From NCBI GenBank assembly GCA_035292445.1, contig DATDQB010000020.1, forward strand, positions 155,484 through 219,483: a DNA stretch of 64,000 nt, given 5' to 3'. The notes under the pieces are model-generated. The model was not told the DNA's origin, did not search any database, and saw only the letters and a list, made by a program, of their open reading frames with translations. The translations under genes were made by a program, and so were the position numbers. This stretch comes from Candidatus Omnitrophota bacterium (GTDB lineage: Bacteria; Omnitrophota; Gorgyraeia; Zapsychrales; Zapsychraceae). Each line of letters begins with the position of its first letter. The stretch's first letter is position 1. Of the stretch, positions 63,675 through 64,000 are shown one piece after another.

Positions 63675-64000
63675 GGCTTTAATTGACCGTTCCCTTGCGC
63701 GATGAACGCCTGCGCGATGGTCAGGTCTTCTTCGGTCGTCACTTTGATGTTACGGTAATCGCCTTCGATGATCTTCACGCTGACGCCCATTTGCTCAACG
63801 AGCATGGCGCAATCGGTCACGTCCTTGCCTTGATTCTGCTCATGCGCTTTGACTAAAATGTCCCTTTTAAAGACCTGGGGCGTTTGGATCTCCCACAAGT
63901 CCTTTCGGTCAATGGTCTGTGCCACCGACATTGATTGCGGGTCGACACGCTTAATGGTCGGCTTGATGGGAACCCCCACGACAACGGCCCCGTATTCCTG
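63671..64000 (-). CDS. ispD: 2-C-methyl-D-erythritol 4-phosphate cytidylyltransferase, C-terminal part only (the 5' end lies beyond the window).
   Basis: The C-terminal IspD region ends in ...IEGDYRNIKVTTEEDLTIAQAFI. It overlaps ispF by 4 bp. The ORF is open to the window end. Confidence 0.7.
   Translation of the reverse strand, partial: QEYGAVVVGVPIKPTIKRVDPQSMSVAQTIDRKDLWEIQTPQVFKRDILVKAHEQNQGKDVTDCAMLVEQMGVSVKIIEGDYRNIKVTTEEDLTIAQAFIAQGNGQLKP

Overview
This 64-kb window looks like chromosomal DNA from a Gram-negative (diderm) bacterium at roughly 50% GC. Genes are tightly packed, many overlap by 4 bp, and most lie on the minus strand. Housekeeping content I can support from motifs:
- a 5'-truncated LOG-family gene at the left edge
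- a cls/PLD lipid operon
- an ECF sigma / anti-sigma / Spy-like envelope-stress module
- a murein-peptide recycling operon (L,D-transpeptidase, NlpC/P60, dipeptide epimerase, DUF819 membrane protein)
- a GT-C/GT2 glycosylation cluster
- two two-component pockets
- a CPA2-Usp antiporter
- ssrA (tmRNA), smpB and tRNA-Leu(CAG)
- the aceE-aceF-lpd pyruvate dehydrogenase operon
- a Maf-M48 peptidase fusion, pyrE, comF, lptF/lptG
- the alr-tsaB-tsaE-thiL-mtnA operon
- a HEPN/MNT toxin-antitoxin pair
- the metG-yaaT-holB-tmk cluster
- cysE, ispF and a partial ispD at the right edge
Unusual content:
- a 1681-aa secreted protein built almost entirely of about 35 tandem 44-aa six-cysteine repeats, apparently co-operonic with an NHL-repeat propeller protein
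- upstream of that operon, two tandem copies of a structured RNA-like leader element with covarying hairpins, each ending in an intrinsic terminator
- an AT-rich insertion of about 0.75 kb carrying one orphan gene, which has replaced the 3' end of the DUF819 gene and left a displaced copy of the old 3' end behind
- an identical 31-bp perfect palindrome embedded in frame in two adjacent genes (thiL and mtnA)
- a set of intergenic long hairpins built from short tandem motifs (GGTAACC, TAAGT, GTCAG, ATCAGG)
- a small lipoprotein gene flanked by about 33-bp inverted repeats next to a palindrome-rich spacer
- a lipoyl domain copied nearly verbatim from E2 onto the N-terminus of E3
I found no CRISPR array, rRNA, transposase or integrase.
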